Counted from the first letter of the stretch, positions 9,460 to 18,253 are shown. The stretch: 64,000 bases of DNA from an uncultured SAR86 cluster bacterium (GCA_902536295.1 CACAWS010000001.1:43452-107451), one strand, 5' to 3'. Numbers and translations: made by a program. Notes: generated from the sequence alone by a model not told the origin.

Positions 9460-11063
9460 GAACCTTTAATTTCCTTGTTATTTACTACGGACAAGCATAT
9501 CCCCAAAACATCTCTGGTATCTCTTGGGTCAATAATTCCATCATCACTGAGGACGCTAGTTGCTTTTAAAGCTACTGAGCCTTTGTCATGTGCAATTTGT
9601 TGGTTTTTGACAATTTCTGCATCTTCTTTTTCATTGAATTTAACTCCTTTTCTTGCTGCTTGACCTCTTCTAACGATAGACATGACGCCAGCAATTACTT
9701 CTCCCCCCATCACAGCAATTTTTGCGGTTGGCCAGAGAAACGTAAAAGAGTTTCCAAATTCTCTTCCAGACATTGCGTAAGTTCCAGCTCCATAAGAATT
9801 TCCTACGATTACTGTTAAATGAGGAACTTCTGAATTTGAAACAGCATTCAACATCTGAGCGCCTTTTTTAATTGAACCATCTTGCTCGTAATCCTTTCCT
9901 ACCATAAAACCTGTAATGTTCTGTAAAAAAACTAAAGGTAAATTTCTTTTATTACACAACTGAATAAAATGTGCGGCTTTTTGCGAAGCGTCAGGAAATA
10001 ACATTCCATTATTGCCAAGCACTCCAACAGGGTAACCATGAATTGAAATAAATCCACATATAATAGTTGGACCAAAGAGAGGCTTAAATTCTTCAAATTT
10101 GGAACCGTCAGAAATCCTTCCTATTATTTCTCTTATGTCAAAAGGAGTTTTAAGACTAGGTTCTATTAAACCAAGGAGATCATCTTGATCGTATAAAGGC
10201 TCTTCTACAGAAAATCTAGGATTGGTGCCTTCTTTCTCCCAATTTAAATGAGACATTACTTCACGAGCAATTCTTATGCCATCTAAATCATCTTCAGCAA
10301 GATATTCTGCTAAGCCTGACTTCTCGGCGTGCATTTTTGCTCCCCCAATATCTTCTCTTGAAGATATTTCTCCAGTTGCCATTTGAACTAGAGGTGGTCC
10401 CGCAAGAGCAACATCGGCTTGATCCTTAACAAAAATATTATAATCAGACATACCAGGTTGGTAGGCCCCTCCAGCAGTAGCTGTTCCAAAAGTTACAGTC
10501 ACAGTAGGAATATTAAGTTTTGATAGTTCTGTTATTTCGTAGAATTGTCTTCCAGATTCTGCAAAATGAGTCGTACCTCCAACAACAGCATTACTCCTAG
10601 GTCTTAGATCTCCGCCTGCAGATTCAACAAACTGTATGAAGGGCAATCTACTATCTCTTGCAATTTGCATTGCTCGCATCCACTTTTTCACAGAATAGAA
10701 ATGCATAGCCCCAGCTAATACGGTAGGATCATTTGCAAAAATTATACATTCAATTCCTGAGCTTACTCCTATCCCAGCAATTGCTCCTCCTCCTACAGGA
10801 TAATCAGATTTAAATGCTGCCAGACCACTAATTTCAAGAAATGGACTATCAGGATCTAAAAAATGAAATACTCTTTCTCTTACTGGAAGTTTTCCTCTTT
10901 TAGCAAGTCTTTCTTTGTGATGTTCGCCTCCTCCAAGTTCTGCTTCATCTAACAACTCATCAATTTCTTCAAGCATAGATAGCATGGAAGATTTGTTTTT
11001 CTCAAATTGATCGCTTGATTTATTTAATTTAGATTTAAAAGGCTGTGATTCTAATTTAGGCAT
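9432..11063 (-). CDS. Acyl-CoA carboxylase beta subunit (carboxyltransferase; MccB/AtuC type)
   Basis: 543 aa. Two carboxyltransferase halves ('ANDPTVLAGA', 'VTFGTATAGGAY', 'GNSYGAGTYAM'). Sits directly upstream of the alpha subunit. Confidence 0.9.
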   Translation of the reverse strand: MPKLESQPFKSKLNKSSDQFEKNKSSMLSMLEEIDELLDEAELGGGEHHKERLAKRGKLPVRERVFHFLDPDSPFLEISGLAAFKSDYPVGGGAIAGIGVSSGIECIIFANDPTVLAGAMHFYSVKKWMRAMQIARDSRLPFIQFVESAGGDLRPRSNAVVGGTTHFAESGRQFYEITELSKLNIPTVTVTFGTATAGGAYQPGMSDYNIFVKDQADVALAGPPLVQMATGEISSREDIGGAKMHAEKSGLAEYLAEDDLDGIRIAREVMSHLNWEKEGTNPRFSVEEPLYDQDDLLGLIEPSLKTPFDIREIIGRISDGSKFEEFKPLFGPTIICGFISIHGYPVGVLGNNGMLFPDASQKAAHFIQLCNKRNLPLVFLQNITGFMVGKDYEQDGSIKKGAQMLNAVSNSEVPHLTVIVGNSYGAGTYAMSGREFGNSFTFLWPTAKIAVMGGEVIAGVMSIVRRGQAARKGVKFNEKEDAEIVKNQQIAHDKGSVALKATSVLSDDGIIDPRDTRDVLGICLSVVNNKEIKGSKGFGVFRL

Positions 11064-11152
11064 TTTTAATTAATTGACTGAAAAATATGCCTGAAAAAAC
11101 TATTTCTGTCCATTTAGATTTTGAGAAGTCTGGGTATAATACATCTCTCTTT

Positions 11153-11228
11153 GGGCGATTAACTCAATTGGTAGAGTGCCACCCTTACAAGGTGGAAGTT
11201 ACAGGTTCAAGTCCTGTATCGCCCACCA
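11153..11228 (+). tRNA. tRNA-Val (anticodon UAC)
   Basis: 76 nt cloverleaf folded by hand: acceptor GGGCGAT/ATCGCCC, anticodon loop CTTACAA, T-loop TTCAAGT, encoded CCA. Confidence 0.9.
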
Positions 11229-11311
11229 TTATATTTTTTAGTATTCGTATAAAGTGAGTACTTTTTGAAGTTACATTCTTTTTATACTATGTATAATTGG
11301 CTTTCTAAAAT

Positions 11312-11390
11312 GGACCGGTAGTTCAGTTCTGGTTAGAACGCCGCCCTGTCACGGCGGAGGTCGCGGGTTCGAGCCCCGTCCGGTCCGCCA
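11312..11390 (+). tRNA. tRNA-Asp (anticodon GUC)
   Basis: 79 nt: acceptor GGACCGG/CCGGTCC, anticodon loop CTGTCAC, T-arm GCGGG-TTCGAGC-CCCGT, encoded CCA. Close to E. coli tRNA-Asp. Confidence 0.9.
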
Positions 11391-11408
11391 TTATTTTAAA
11401 ATTCTATT

Positions 11409-12614
11409 TCAGATCCACTTGGGGAAGGGGTCTTCCAATTCAATCCAATAATCTCTTCCTTTAAGAACTTCTTCTTCTTTCAAAAGACAATCATTCAACG
11501 CTTTTATTATTTTATTTTTATCTAAGTTTTGACCTATAAAAACTAATTCTTGTCGCATGTCTCCAAAAGGCTCTACCCAGCTTTTTTTTATAGAATCTAA
11601 ATATACTTCTTCGGTAGGCCAGTCTTTTTCAGGGACTGCTTTCCAAAATAATCCAGCAAAACCATGACGAGCGATTCCTCCTGCTTGACTCCACTGACCA
11701 GCATATTGAGGTCTAGAAGCAAGCCAAAAATAGCCTTTCGAACGAATTAACTTACCAAATTGATTGGTATTATGAAGAAAACTGTGAAATTTAGCAGGAT
11801 GAAATGGTCGTCTAGCTTCATAACTAAAACTGCTGATACCATATTCTTCTGTTTCAGGAATATGTTCTCCTCTCATTTCTTTAAGCCATCCTGGAGATTG
11901 TTGAGCCTTTTCAAAATCAAATTTACCTGTATTTAACACTTCATTAACATCAACTTCACCATTAGAAATAGGAATTACTTTTGCATCTGTATTTAAAGTT
12001 TTGATAATTGCATTAAGCCTTGAAACTTCTTCGGATGAAACTAAATCAGTTTTACTTATCAAGATGACGTCAGCAAATTCAATTTGATCTACTAGTAAGT
12101 CAGCAACACTGCGCTCGTCTTCTTCCCCAAGTGATTCCCCTTTATCTGCTAAATACATTGCTTCATCGTAGTCCTTCAAAAAATTAACTGCATCTACAAC
12201 AGTAACCATTGTGTCTAAGTCAGCAACATCAGATAGAGAAGTACCATCTTCGTCCGCAAAAGTAAAAGTTTCTGCTACTGGTAAGGGTTCAGAAATCCCA
12301 GTTGATTCAATTACTAAGTAATCAAATCTCTTTTCTTGTGCAAGTTTTGTTACTTCAAGTAATAAATCTTCTCTTAAAGTGCAACAGATACAACCATTGC
12401 TCATTTCAACAAGTTTTTCTTCACTCCTATTTAAAGAAACTTCGTTTTGCACAATTGCAGAATCAATATTTATTTCACTCATATCATTAACAATGACAGC
12501 GACTTTTTTGTCTTGTCTATTATTTAATATGTGGCTTAAAACTGTTGTTTTACCAGCTCCAAGAAATCCAGATAATACGGTAACTGGCAGTTTTGAAATA
12601 ATAGTTTTCTGCAT
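11409..12614 (-). CDS. COG0523-family GTPase (CobW/YeiR/ZigA-type metallochaperone)
   Basis: 401 aa. Walker A 'GFLGAGKTT', metal-binding 'GCICCTL', 'ESTGISEP', CobW C-terminal domain. Confidence 0.85.
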   Translation of the reverse strand: MQKTIISKLPVTVLSGFLGAGKTTVLSHILNNRQDKKVAVIVNDMSEINIDSAIVQNEVSLNRSEEKLVEMSNGCICCTLREDLLLEVTKLAQEKRFDYLVIESTGISEPLPVAETFTFADEDGTSLSDVADLDTMVTVVDAVNFLKDYDEAMYLADKGESLGEEDERSVADLLVDQIEFADVILISKTDLVSSEEVSRLNAIIKTLNTDAKVIPISNGEVDVNEVLNTGKFDFEKAQQSPGWLKEMRGEHIPETEEYGISSFSYEARRPFHPAKFHSFLHNTNQFGKLIRSKGYFWLASRPQYAGQWSQAGGIARHGFAGLFWKAVPEKDWPTEEVYLDSIKKSWVEPFGDMRQELVFIGQNLDKNKIIKALNDCLLKEEEVLKGRDYWIELEDPFPKWI

Positions 12615-12722
12615 AAAAATAATTTTATAAATAAGAACTTACAAAGATAAGTTTACTACAAATAAGAAAATAATAAATTTATAAAATTTATATTATCTAT
12701 ATAATAATTTTTACAATTTTTC

Positions 12723-13049
12723 ATGAAAACTATTCTTCTCAAATCTAAAATACACAGAGCAGTCGTTACACACACTCAACTAGAATACGATGGTTCTTGC
12801 GGAATAGATTCAAATTATTTGAAAGCCGTTGACATTAAGCCTTTTGAACAAATCCATATCTATAATCTAACCAACGGAGAAAGATTGATTACTTATGCAA
12901 TTGAGGCTGAAGCTGGATCAAAAACAATTTCCATGATGGGAGCTGCAGCACACAAAGCAAATGTTGGAGATTTAATCATTATTGCTGCATACGGAAGCTT
13001 TGAAGAAACAGAATTAGAAAAATTTGAACCAAAAATCTTAAGATTATAA
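12723..13049 (+). CDS. panD: Aspartate 1-decarboxylase (pyruvoyl-dependent)
   Basis: 108 aa. 'LKSKIHRAVVT', self-processing 'YDGSCGID', 'GERLITYAI'. Confidence 0.9.
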   Translation: MKTILLKSKIHRAVVTHTQLEYDGSCGIDSNYLKAVDIKPFEQIHIYNLTNGERLITYAIEAEAGSKTISMMGAAAHKANVGDLIIIAAYGSFEETELEKFEPKILRL

Positions 13050-13051
13050 AA

Positions 13052-14344
13052 ATGACAATATTAAAAGACAAATTAACGCTTCCTTGCGGAGCACAAATCA
13101 AAAATAGAATTTGTAAAGCTGCGATGACTGAGAGAATAGCTTTTTCTGATAATTATACAAATCAAAGACATCTTAATCTTTACAAAAAATGGGCTGAAGG
13201 AGATATTGGAATTTTACTCACCGGCAATGTTCAAGTAGATAAAAAGCATTTAGAAGGTCCAGCTAATGTTTGTATAGAAGAAGAGACGTATATCGAACAG
13301 CTTCCGCTTTTGAGAAAATGGGCTGAAGAGGGCACCAAAGACAACACTCATTTATGGATGCAAATCTCTCACGCAGGTAGACAAACACCTGGAGAAATTA
13401 ATTCATCCCCTAAAGCTCCTTCGTCTGTTCAATTGAAGATTCCAGGAAGAAATTATGGAATTCCCTCTGCATTAACGACAGAAGAAATACAGGAAATAAT
13501 TAAAAAGTTTACTTTTGTTGCCAAGATTGCAAGAGAAACAGGTTTTACAGGAATTCAGATTCATTCTGCTCATGGTTATTTGCTCTCAGAATTTTTATCT
13601 CCTGATATTAATTTAAGAGAGGATGAATGGGGTGGAACAGTTGAAAATAGATCTAGAATTCACGTCGAGATAATCAAAAATATAAGAAGGGAGGTTGGTG
13701 AAGATTTTCCTATTTCTGTAAAAATGAATTCTGCAGATTTCCAAAAAGGTGGCTTCTCTCCAGATGATTCCATCCAAGTAGCAAAAATCATTGAGGCAGC
13801 TGGAGTAGACAACATAGAAATTTCTGGTGGAACTTATGAACAACCACGTTTGTTAGGACTTGATAACGTGAGTATCAATCCTGATCGAAGCGAAGTTCGA
13901 AAAGAGAGTACGATTGCAAGAGAAGCATATTTTCTGGAATATGCAGAAAAAATTAAGAAAAATATTCAGATACCATTGATGGTAACCGGAGGATTTAGAA
14001 CTAAACAAGGAATGGAAAGTGCTGTTAAAAGTGGAGCTTGTGAAATTGTGGGTGTCGGTAGGCCGTTGTGTGCAAATCCATACGCGATTAAGGAAATGTT
14101 TGATGGAAAAATTGAACAGCTTCCTATTTACGAGAAAACTTTATCTTTAGGTCCTTGGATTCTCTCTCCATCAAGCCCCTTCAGATTGATTCAAGCTTTG
14201 AATGCTTTTGGAGCTCAAGCTTGGTTCTATCAGCAAATCAAAAGAATGGGAAATAATAAACTTCCAGATTTAAATTTAGGTTTGTTCTCGGCCTTTAGAA
14301 AAGATGCTAGTGAAGACAAAAAAGCTTTTAAAGACTTAAATTAA
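13052..14344 (+). CDS. NADH:flavin oxidoreductase (Old Yellow Enzyme / 2,4-dienoyl-CoA reductase N-domain family)
   Basis: 430 aa. 'KNRICKAAMTE', 'HSAHGYLLSEFLSP', 'NxRxDEWGG' block, 'VGVGRP'. Confidence 0.8.
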   Translation: MTILKDKLTLPCGAQIKNRICKAAMTERIAFSDNYTNQRHLNLYKKWAEGDIGILLTGNVQVDKKHLEGPANVCIEEETYIEQLPLLRKWAEEGTKDNTHLWMQISHAGRQTPGEINSSPKAPSSVQLKIPGRNYGIPSALTTEEIQEIIKKFTFVAKIARETGFTGIQIHSAHGYLLSEFLSPDINLREDEWGGTVENRSRIHVEIIKNIRREVGEDFPISVKMNSADFQKGGFSPDDSIQVAKIIEAAGVDNIEISGGTYEQPRLLGLDNVSINPDRSEVRKESTIAREAYFLEYAEKIKKNIQIPLMVTGGFRTKQGMESAVKSGACEIVGVGRPLCANPYAIKEMFDGKIEQLPIYEKTLSLGPWILSPSSPFRLIQALNAFGAQAWFYQQIKRMGNNKLPDLNLGLFSAFRKDASEDKKAFKDLN

Positions 14345-14364
14345 TATTTTTTAGGAGAAATAAA

Positions 14365-15165
14365 ATGAAAATAGATAAGTTATTCGATATCTCAGGAAAG
14401 GTCGCATTGGTTACAGGCGGCTCGAGAGGGATTGGAGAAATGATAGCAGCTGCTTTCTTAGCAAATGGAGTAAAAGTTTACATTTCAGCAAGGAAAGCCG
14501 ATCCATGCGATCAAAAAGCTGAAGAGCTTTCAAAAACCTTTGGTTCTGAATGTATTTCAATACCAGCAGACGTTGGTTCTATGGATGGAATAATTAAACT
14601 AACTGACGAAATTAAAGCAAGAGAAGATAATTTAGATTTTTTGATAAATAATGCTGGCGCAGCATGGGGCGAAAAAATTGACGATTTTTCTGAATCCGGC
14701 TGGGACAAGGTTATGGATTTAAATGTCAAAGGGATGTTTTTTACTACTCAAAAACTGTTGCCATTACTAAGACAAGCTGGATCTCTTGAAGTTCCATCAA
14801 AAGTAATTAATATTGGGTCTATTGATGGAATAAACACTCCCGCTTTTGAAAATTACGTTTACAGCGCTTCCAAAGCAGCTGTTCATCAATTGACTAGGCA
14901 TTTAGCTTCAAAGTTAGTAAGAGAAAATATTCTAGTGAATGCGATTGCTCCAGGCCCATTCCCAAGCAGAATGTTGGGGTCTGCAGTTGCCCATGATTTT
15001 AGTCCTCTTGAAGAGAGAAGTCCTGTGAAAAGGATTGGAACAATGGAAGATATTGGCGGTTTGGCTATTTATCTATGTTCTCGAGCTGGAAATTTTACAA
15101 TTGGAGAAACGATTACTTGTGACGGTGGGTTAACAGCTTGTTCAGGACATAATTTGTCAGTTTAA
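14365..15165 (+). CDS. Short-chain dehydrogenase/reductase (SDR)
   Basis: 266 aa. 'VTGGSRGIG' cofactor motif, 'NNAG', catalytic 'YSASKAA'. Confidence 0.85.
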   Translation: MKIDKLFDISGKVALVTGGSRGIGEMIAAAFLANGVKVYISARKADPCDQKAEELSKTFGSECISIPADVGSMDGIIKLTDEIKAREDNLDFLINNAGAAWGEKIDDFSESGWDKVMDLNVKGMFFTTQKLLPLLRQAGSLEVPSKVINIGSIDGINTPAFENYVYSASKAAVHQLTRHLASKLVRENILVNAIAPGPFPSRMLGSAVAHDFSPLEERSPVKRIGTMEDIGGLAIYLCSRAGNFTIGETITCDGGLTACSGHNLSV

Positions 15166-15194
15166 AAAAAATCCTGCCTCTATTGAGGCAGGAT
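15164..15194 (-). terminator. Intrinsic terminator; the U-tract is present only for the minus strand, though it could act bidirectionally
   Basis: Perfect 10-bp stem atcctgcctc/gaggcaggat (15171-15180 and 15185-15194) with a 4-nt loop. It is flanked at 15164-15170 by an A-run on the plus strand, which is a U-run after the hairpin on the minus strand. Confidence 0.7.
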
Positions 15195-15195
15195 T

Positions 15196-15370
15196 CCAAG
15201 ATAAAGTATCTCAACTTTTTTCTTTCTAAGAGCGGCCGAAGCGTCTCTTAGTCGGAATAGGGAAAACCCTAGTCAGGCGGTTCCCCCTGATATTCCTGTT
15301 AAATTGTTCGTATTAATTTTGGATCACCTCCTGTCAGGGATTGTTAAAATTAGCAACAATAGAGACCCTG
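15196..15370 (-). ncRNA. Unassigned GC-rich structured RNA candidate (orientation tentative)
   Basis: A chain of hand-folded hairpins in a locally GC-rich stretch between convergent genes. These are 15226-15251 (7-bp outer stem; apical cUUCGg when read on the minus strand), a three-way junction at 15254-15296, and 15335-15370 (CAGGG/CCCTG plus ATTGTT/AACAAT). It also contains 'ttggatcacctcct' at 15319-15332. Confidence 0.35.
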
Positions 15371-15434
15371 TTTTAAATTCTATCAATTGCGACTATTAAT
15401 AATATTCTACTACTTAAATGGATCCTTTCAATTA

Positions 15435-16874
15435 TCAAATTAACGTTGGAATAAAGAAATAAGCTAAAACAAATAAAAATACAATGCTTAATAAGTTAAT
15501 AATTATTCCAGCTTTCACCATTTTTTGAATCGGAATTAATCCTGATGCATAGACTATAGAATTTGGTGGAGTAGCAACTGGCAACATAAATGCACAGCTT
15601 GCTGACAAAGTAAGAGGTAATATTAATAACATCGGATCTATTCCTAAGTTGAGACCCACACTTGCCACAACAGGTAAAAAGGTAACTGTAGTTGTCAAAT
15701 TACTTGTTAATTCTGTTAAAAGAATCACCATTGTTATTACAATAAATAAAACAATAAAAAAATAAGTTTGAGAAGGTATGAGAGAAGCTAGCCATAAAGC
15801 TAATCCAGAGTCATTAACAACATAGGCTAAAGCCATCCCTCCGCCAAATAAAAATATTAGTCCCCAAGGAAAACCATTTTGAGCATCTTCCCAATTTAGA
15901 AGCTTCTCTTTCTTGTCCTTTCGATTTATAAAAAAAAGGGATAGACCACCTATCATTGCTATAACCGAATCATCTAGAAGAGATAACCCAGGTAAATCGT
16001 CTAATACTTGTCTAAAAATCCAACAAAATGCAGTGAAGGTAAATACTATTACTACTTTTTTTTCTTCATTTGTCATGGTTCCTAATTCGCTCAACATAGT
16101 TTCAAGCTCTGCTTTCGCATTAATTGAAGCTTCAAAATTCACAGGATATATAAATTTAGTTAGTAAATACCAAACTAAGGGACCCAAAATAATTGTTACT
16201 GGAAGCCCAAAAGCAATCCAATTTGCAAAACCAATGTCCTTGTTGAAGTTATCTCCAGCAAATTGAATGAGCACTCCATTTGGAGAGGTTCCAATTGGAG
16301 TAGCTATTCCTCCTAAAGAAGCGCTGTAGGCAATTCCTAGCAGTAAACACAATTGAAAATTATAAGATTGATTATCATCAATTTCTTTGACTGTATCTGT
16401 TATCACTTTAATCACGGAGATAGCGACTGGTAAAAGCATAATTGCAGTTGATGTATTCATTACCCACATGCTCAATAAAGCGCTGGCGAGCATGAATGAG
16501 GCAACTATACCATTAGCGTTCAATCCACTTAATCTTAAAATGTTTAAAGCGACTCTTTTATGAAGACCCCATTTTTGGATTGCAATAGCAATGATAAATC
16601 CGCCAGCAAATAAAAATTGAACTTTATTCATATACTCTTTACTGATAACACCAATTTCCACAACTCCTAATAAAGGGAAGAGTACTAATGGCATTAAAGC
16701 CGTGACCTGAAGTGGAAGAGCTTCAAAAGCCCACCAGATTCCCATTAAAGAAAATACAGCAAGAGTCAATCTTCCTTCTGTCGATAGACCAGTTGGGTTT
16801 TGAATAATCAAAATGAATATAAAGGAGATTAGACCTAACCAAAAACCTACAGACTTTATATTCCAAGAATTCAT
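15435..16874 (-). CDS. DASS/SLC13-family Na+-coupled anion (di/tricarboxylate or sulfate) symporter
   Basis: 479 aa polytopic membrane protein. Inverted-repeat architecture with 'SNxxTT' and 'ATPPN' hairpin-tip motifs ('LTSNLTTTV', 'PVATPPNSIV'). Confidence 0.8.
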   Translation of the reverse strand: MNSWNIKSVGFWLGLISFIFILIIQNPTGLSTEGRLTLAVFSLMGIWWAFEALPLQVTALMPLVLFPLLGVVEIGVISKEYMNKVQFLFAGGFIIAIAIQKWGLHKRVALNILRLSGLNANGIVASFMLASALLSMWVMNTSTAIMLLPVAISVIKVITDTVKEIDDNQSYNFQLCLLLGIAYSASLGGIATPIGTSPNGVLIQFAGDNFNKDIGFANWIAFGLPVTIILGPLVWYLLTKFIYPVNFEASINAKAELETMLSELGTMTNEEKKVVIVFTFTAFCWIFRQVLDDLPGLSLLDDSVIAMIGGLSLFFINRKDKKEKLLNWEDAQNGFPWGLIFLFGGGMALAYVVNDSGLALWLASLIPSQTYFFIVLFIVITMVILLTELTSNLTTTVTFLPVVASVGLNLGIDPMLLILPLTLSASCAFMLPVATPPNSIVYASGLIPIQKMVKAGIIINLLSIVFLFVLAYFFIPTLI

Positions 16875-16928
16875 AATTAATTTTAAGTTAAAATATATTT
16901 TTTTCCTTATTAAATAAAGATTATTTTT

Positions 16929-17927
16929 ATGACTTCTCGTTTTTCTATTTTAGGAGCAGGTTCTTGGGGAACGGTTTTGGCTAATTTACTGGCATGCAAT
17001 GGTAATGAATGTTTGTTGTATACCAGAAATCAAAAGGTTTTTGATTCAATATCTACTAAACAGATTAATGAGATCTATCACCCCAAAAGACTAATAGACA
17101 AAAATGTAAGCATCACAAAAAAATTAGAAGAGCTTAAAACCTACTCTGATATTTGGATAATAGCTATTCCTTCTAAAAAAATACCATTAGTATTATCTGA
17201 AGTAGATAAAAACTCGTTATGTAAAAAAGAATTTATTATTGCTTCAAAGGGAATAGATAAGTCTTTTTCTACAATATCTGAAGTTTTGGAAAAACAATTT
17301 GAGATTCCTTCCAATAAAATTTATGTTCTGTCCGGTCCAAATTTAGCTGGGGAAGTTTTTGAAGGGCAAACTTCTGCTTCTGTATTGGCAGGAGAAAAGT
17401 TAAATAGAGTAGAGCAATTGTCAAAGTATTTTAATAACCAATCTTTCAAGGTATTTATTTCTCAGGATAAAAAGGGTGTTGAGCTATCAGGGTCTCTAAA
17501 AAACATTTATGCAATTTCAGCTGGTCTTGCTGACGGAATGGGAAGCAAGTTTAATACTAAAGCAATGTTACTAACAAGAAGTCTTCATGAGATGTCAGAA
17601 TTATTTAAATCTTTAGGTGCAAATCCTGAAACTTTATTAGGTTTGGCTGGTGTTGGAGACTTAATTGCAACTTCAAGCTCCTCCGATAGTAGAAATTATT
17701 CATTTGGCTATTGTTTAGGAAAGGGTATGGATGTTGATACTTCACTTAAAAAGGTAAACCAGGTCGTGGAAGGAATAGGTGCTTTGGAAATGGTATTTGA
17801 GAAAAAAAATGAGTTAAAACTTATGATGCCGATCATAGACATCTTATATAAAATTGTGTTTAAAAATGAAAAGGCCGTAGATAGCTTTGCAGATATTTTA
17901 ATAGAGGGTGATAATATAGATAGTTGA
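16929..17927 (+). CDS. gpsA: NAD(P)H-dependent glycerol-3-phosphate dehydrogenase
   Basis: 332 aa. 'ILGAGSWGTVLA', 'LSGPNLAGEV', 'LKNIYAISAG', 'GDLIATSSS..SRNYSFG'. Confidence 0.9.
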   Translation: MTSRFSILGAGSWGTVLANLLACNGNECLLYTRNQKVFDSISTKQINEIYHPKRLIDKNVSITKKLEELKTYSDIWIIAIPSKKIPLVLSEVDKNSLCKKEFIIASKGIDKSFSTISEVLEKQFEIPSNKIYVLSGPNLAGEVFEGQTSASVLAGEKLNRVEQLSKYFNNQSFKVFISQDKKGVELSGSLKNIYAISAGLADGMGSKFNTKAMLLTRSLHEMSELFKSLGANPETLLGLAGVGDLIATSSSSDSRNYSFGYCLGKGMDVDTSLKKVNQVVEGIGALEMVFEKKNELKLMMPIIDILYKIVFKNEKAVDSFADILIEGDNIDS

Positions 17928-17929
17928 TT

Positions 17930-18253
17930 ATGAGCGAAAAAGAAAATAGTAACAACGAGCAAGACCAGATGATTTCAGTTAATCCTGAGGCTGTAGTTGA
18001 GAATATAAAAGAAACATCAATCTGGTTAAGATTAGTTTTGGTTTTAATCTTTTTATTTGTATTTACTTTTACAGATATAATTTTATGGTTGATCGCTGGC
18101 ATCCAATTTCTGTTTACCATTTTTACAAAAAAGCCGAATGACAATTTACTAAGTTTATCTATTAAAATTAGAAAGTATTTAAGTCAAATTATTGATTTCG
18201 TAACTTATAGTTCTAATCTAAAACCTTTTCCTTTCAGTCCATTTCCAGACTAA
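17930..18253 (+). CDS. Small two-TM membrane protein of unknown function
   Basis: ATG at 17930 lies just after the gpsA stop; the track's TTG at 17924 overlaps gpsA. Acidic N-terminus, hydrophobic core '[31 protein letters not shown]', C-terminal '[10 protein letters not shown]'. Confidence 0.45.
   Translation: MSEKENSNNEQDQMISVNPEAVVENIKETSIWLRLVLVLIFLFVFTFTDIILWLIAGIQFLFTIFTKKPNDNLLSLSIKIRKYLSQIIDFVTYSSNLKPFPFSPFPD

Noticed and set aside
11064-11152. Promoter for tRNA-Val (TTTAGA-16-TATAAT at about 11113-11140).
   Set aside because: It is plausible, but the -35 is weak and AT-rich DNA yields many TATAAT-like hexamers, so it is not listed as a feature.
15319-15332. The 14-nt 16S 3'-end match read as a fragment of an rRNA gene or operon.
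   Set aside because: No further 16S-like sequence lies on either side (the upstream 'GGGGAACC' is on the opposite strand). No ITS, tRNA or 23S sequence follows. It is an isolated motif inside a structured intergenic element.
15196-15370. Assignment of the structured element to a known family (SRP/4.5S, 6S, hammerhead, purine-type three-way-junction riboswitch, TPP, guanidine).
   Set aside because: By eye it lacks the SRP GGAA tetraloop with the AGCA/GCC symmetric loop. The 6S central bubble and length are missing. The hammerhead CUGAUGA...GAAA core is not intact ('CUGACUA' only). The long conserved junctions of purine riboswitches are absent. No gene lies downstream in either orientation for a cis-regulator. 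It is left unassigned.
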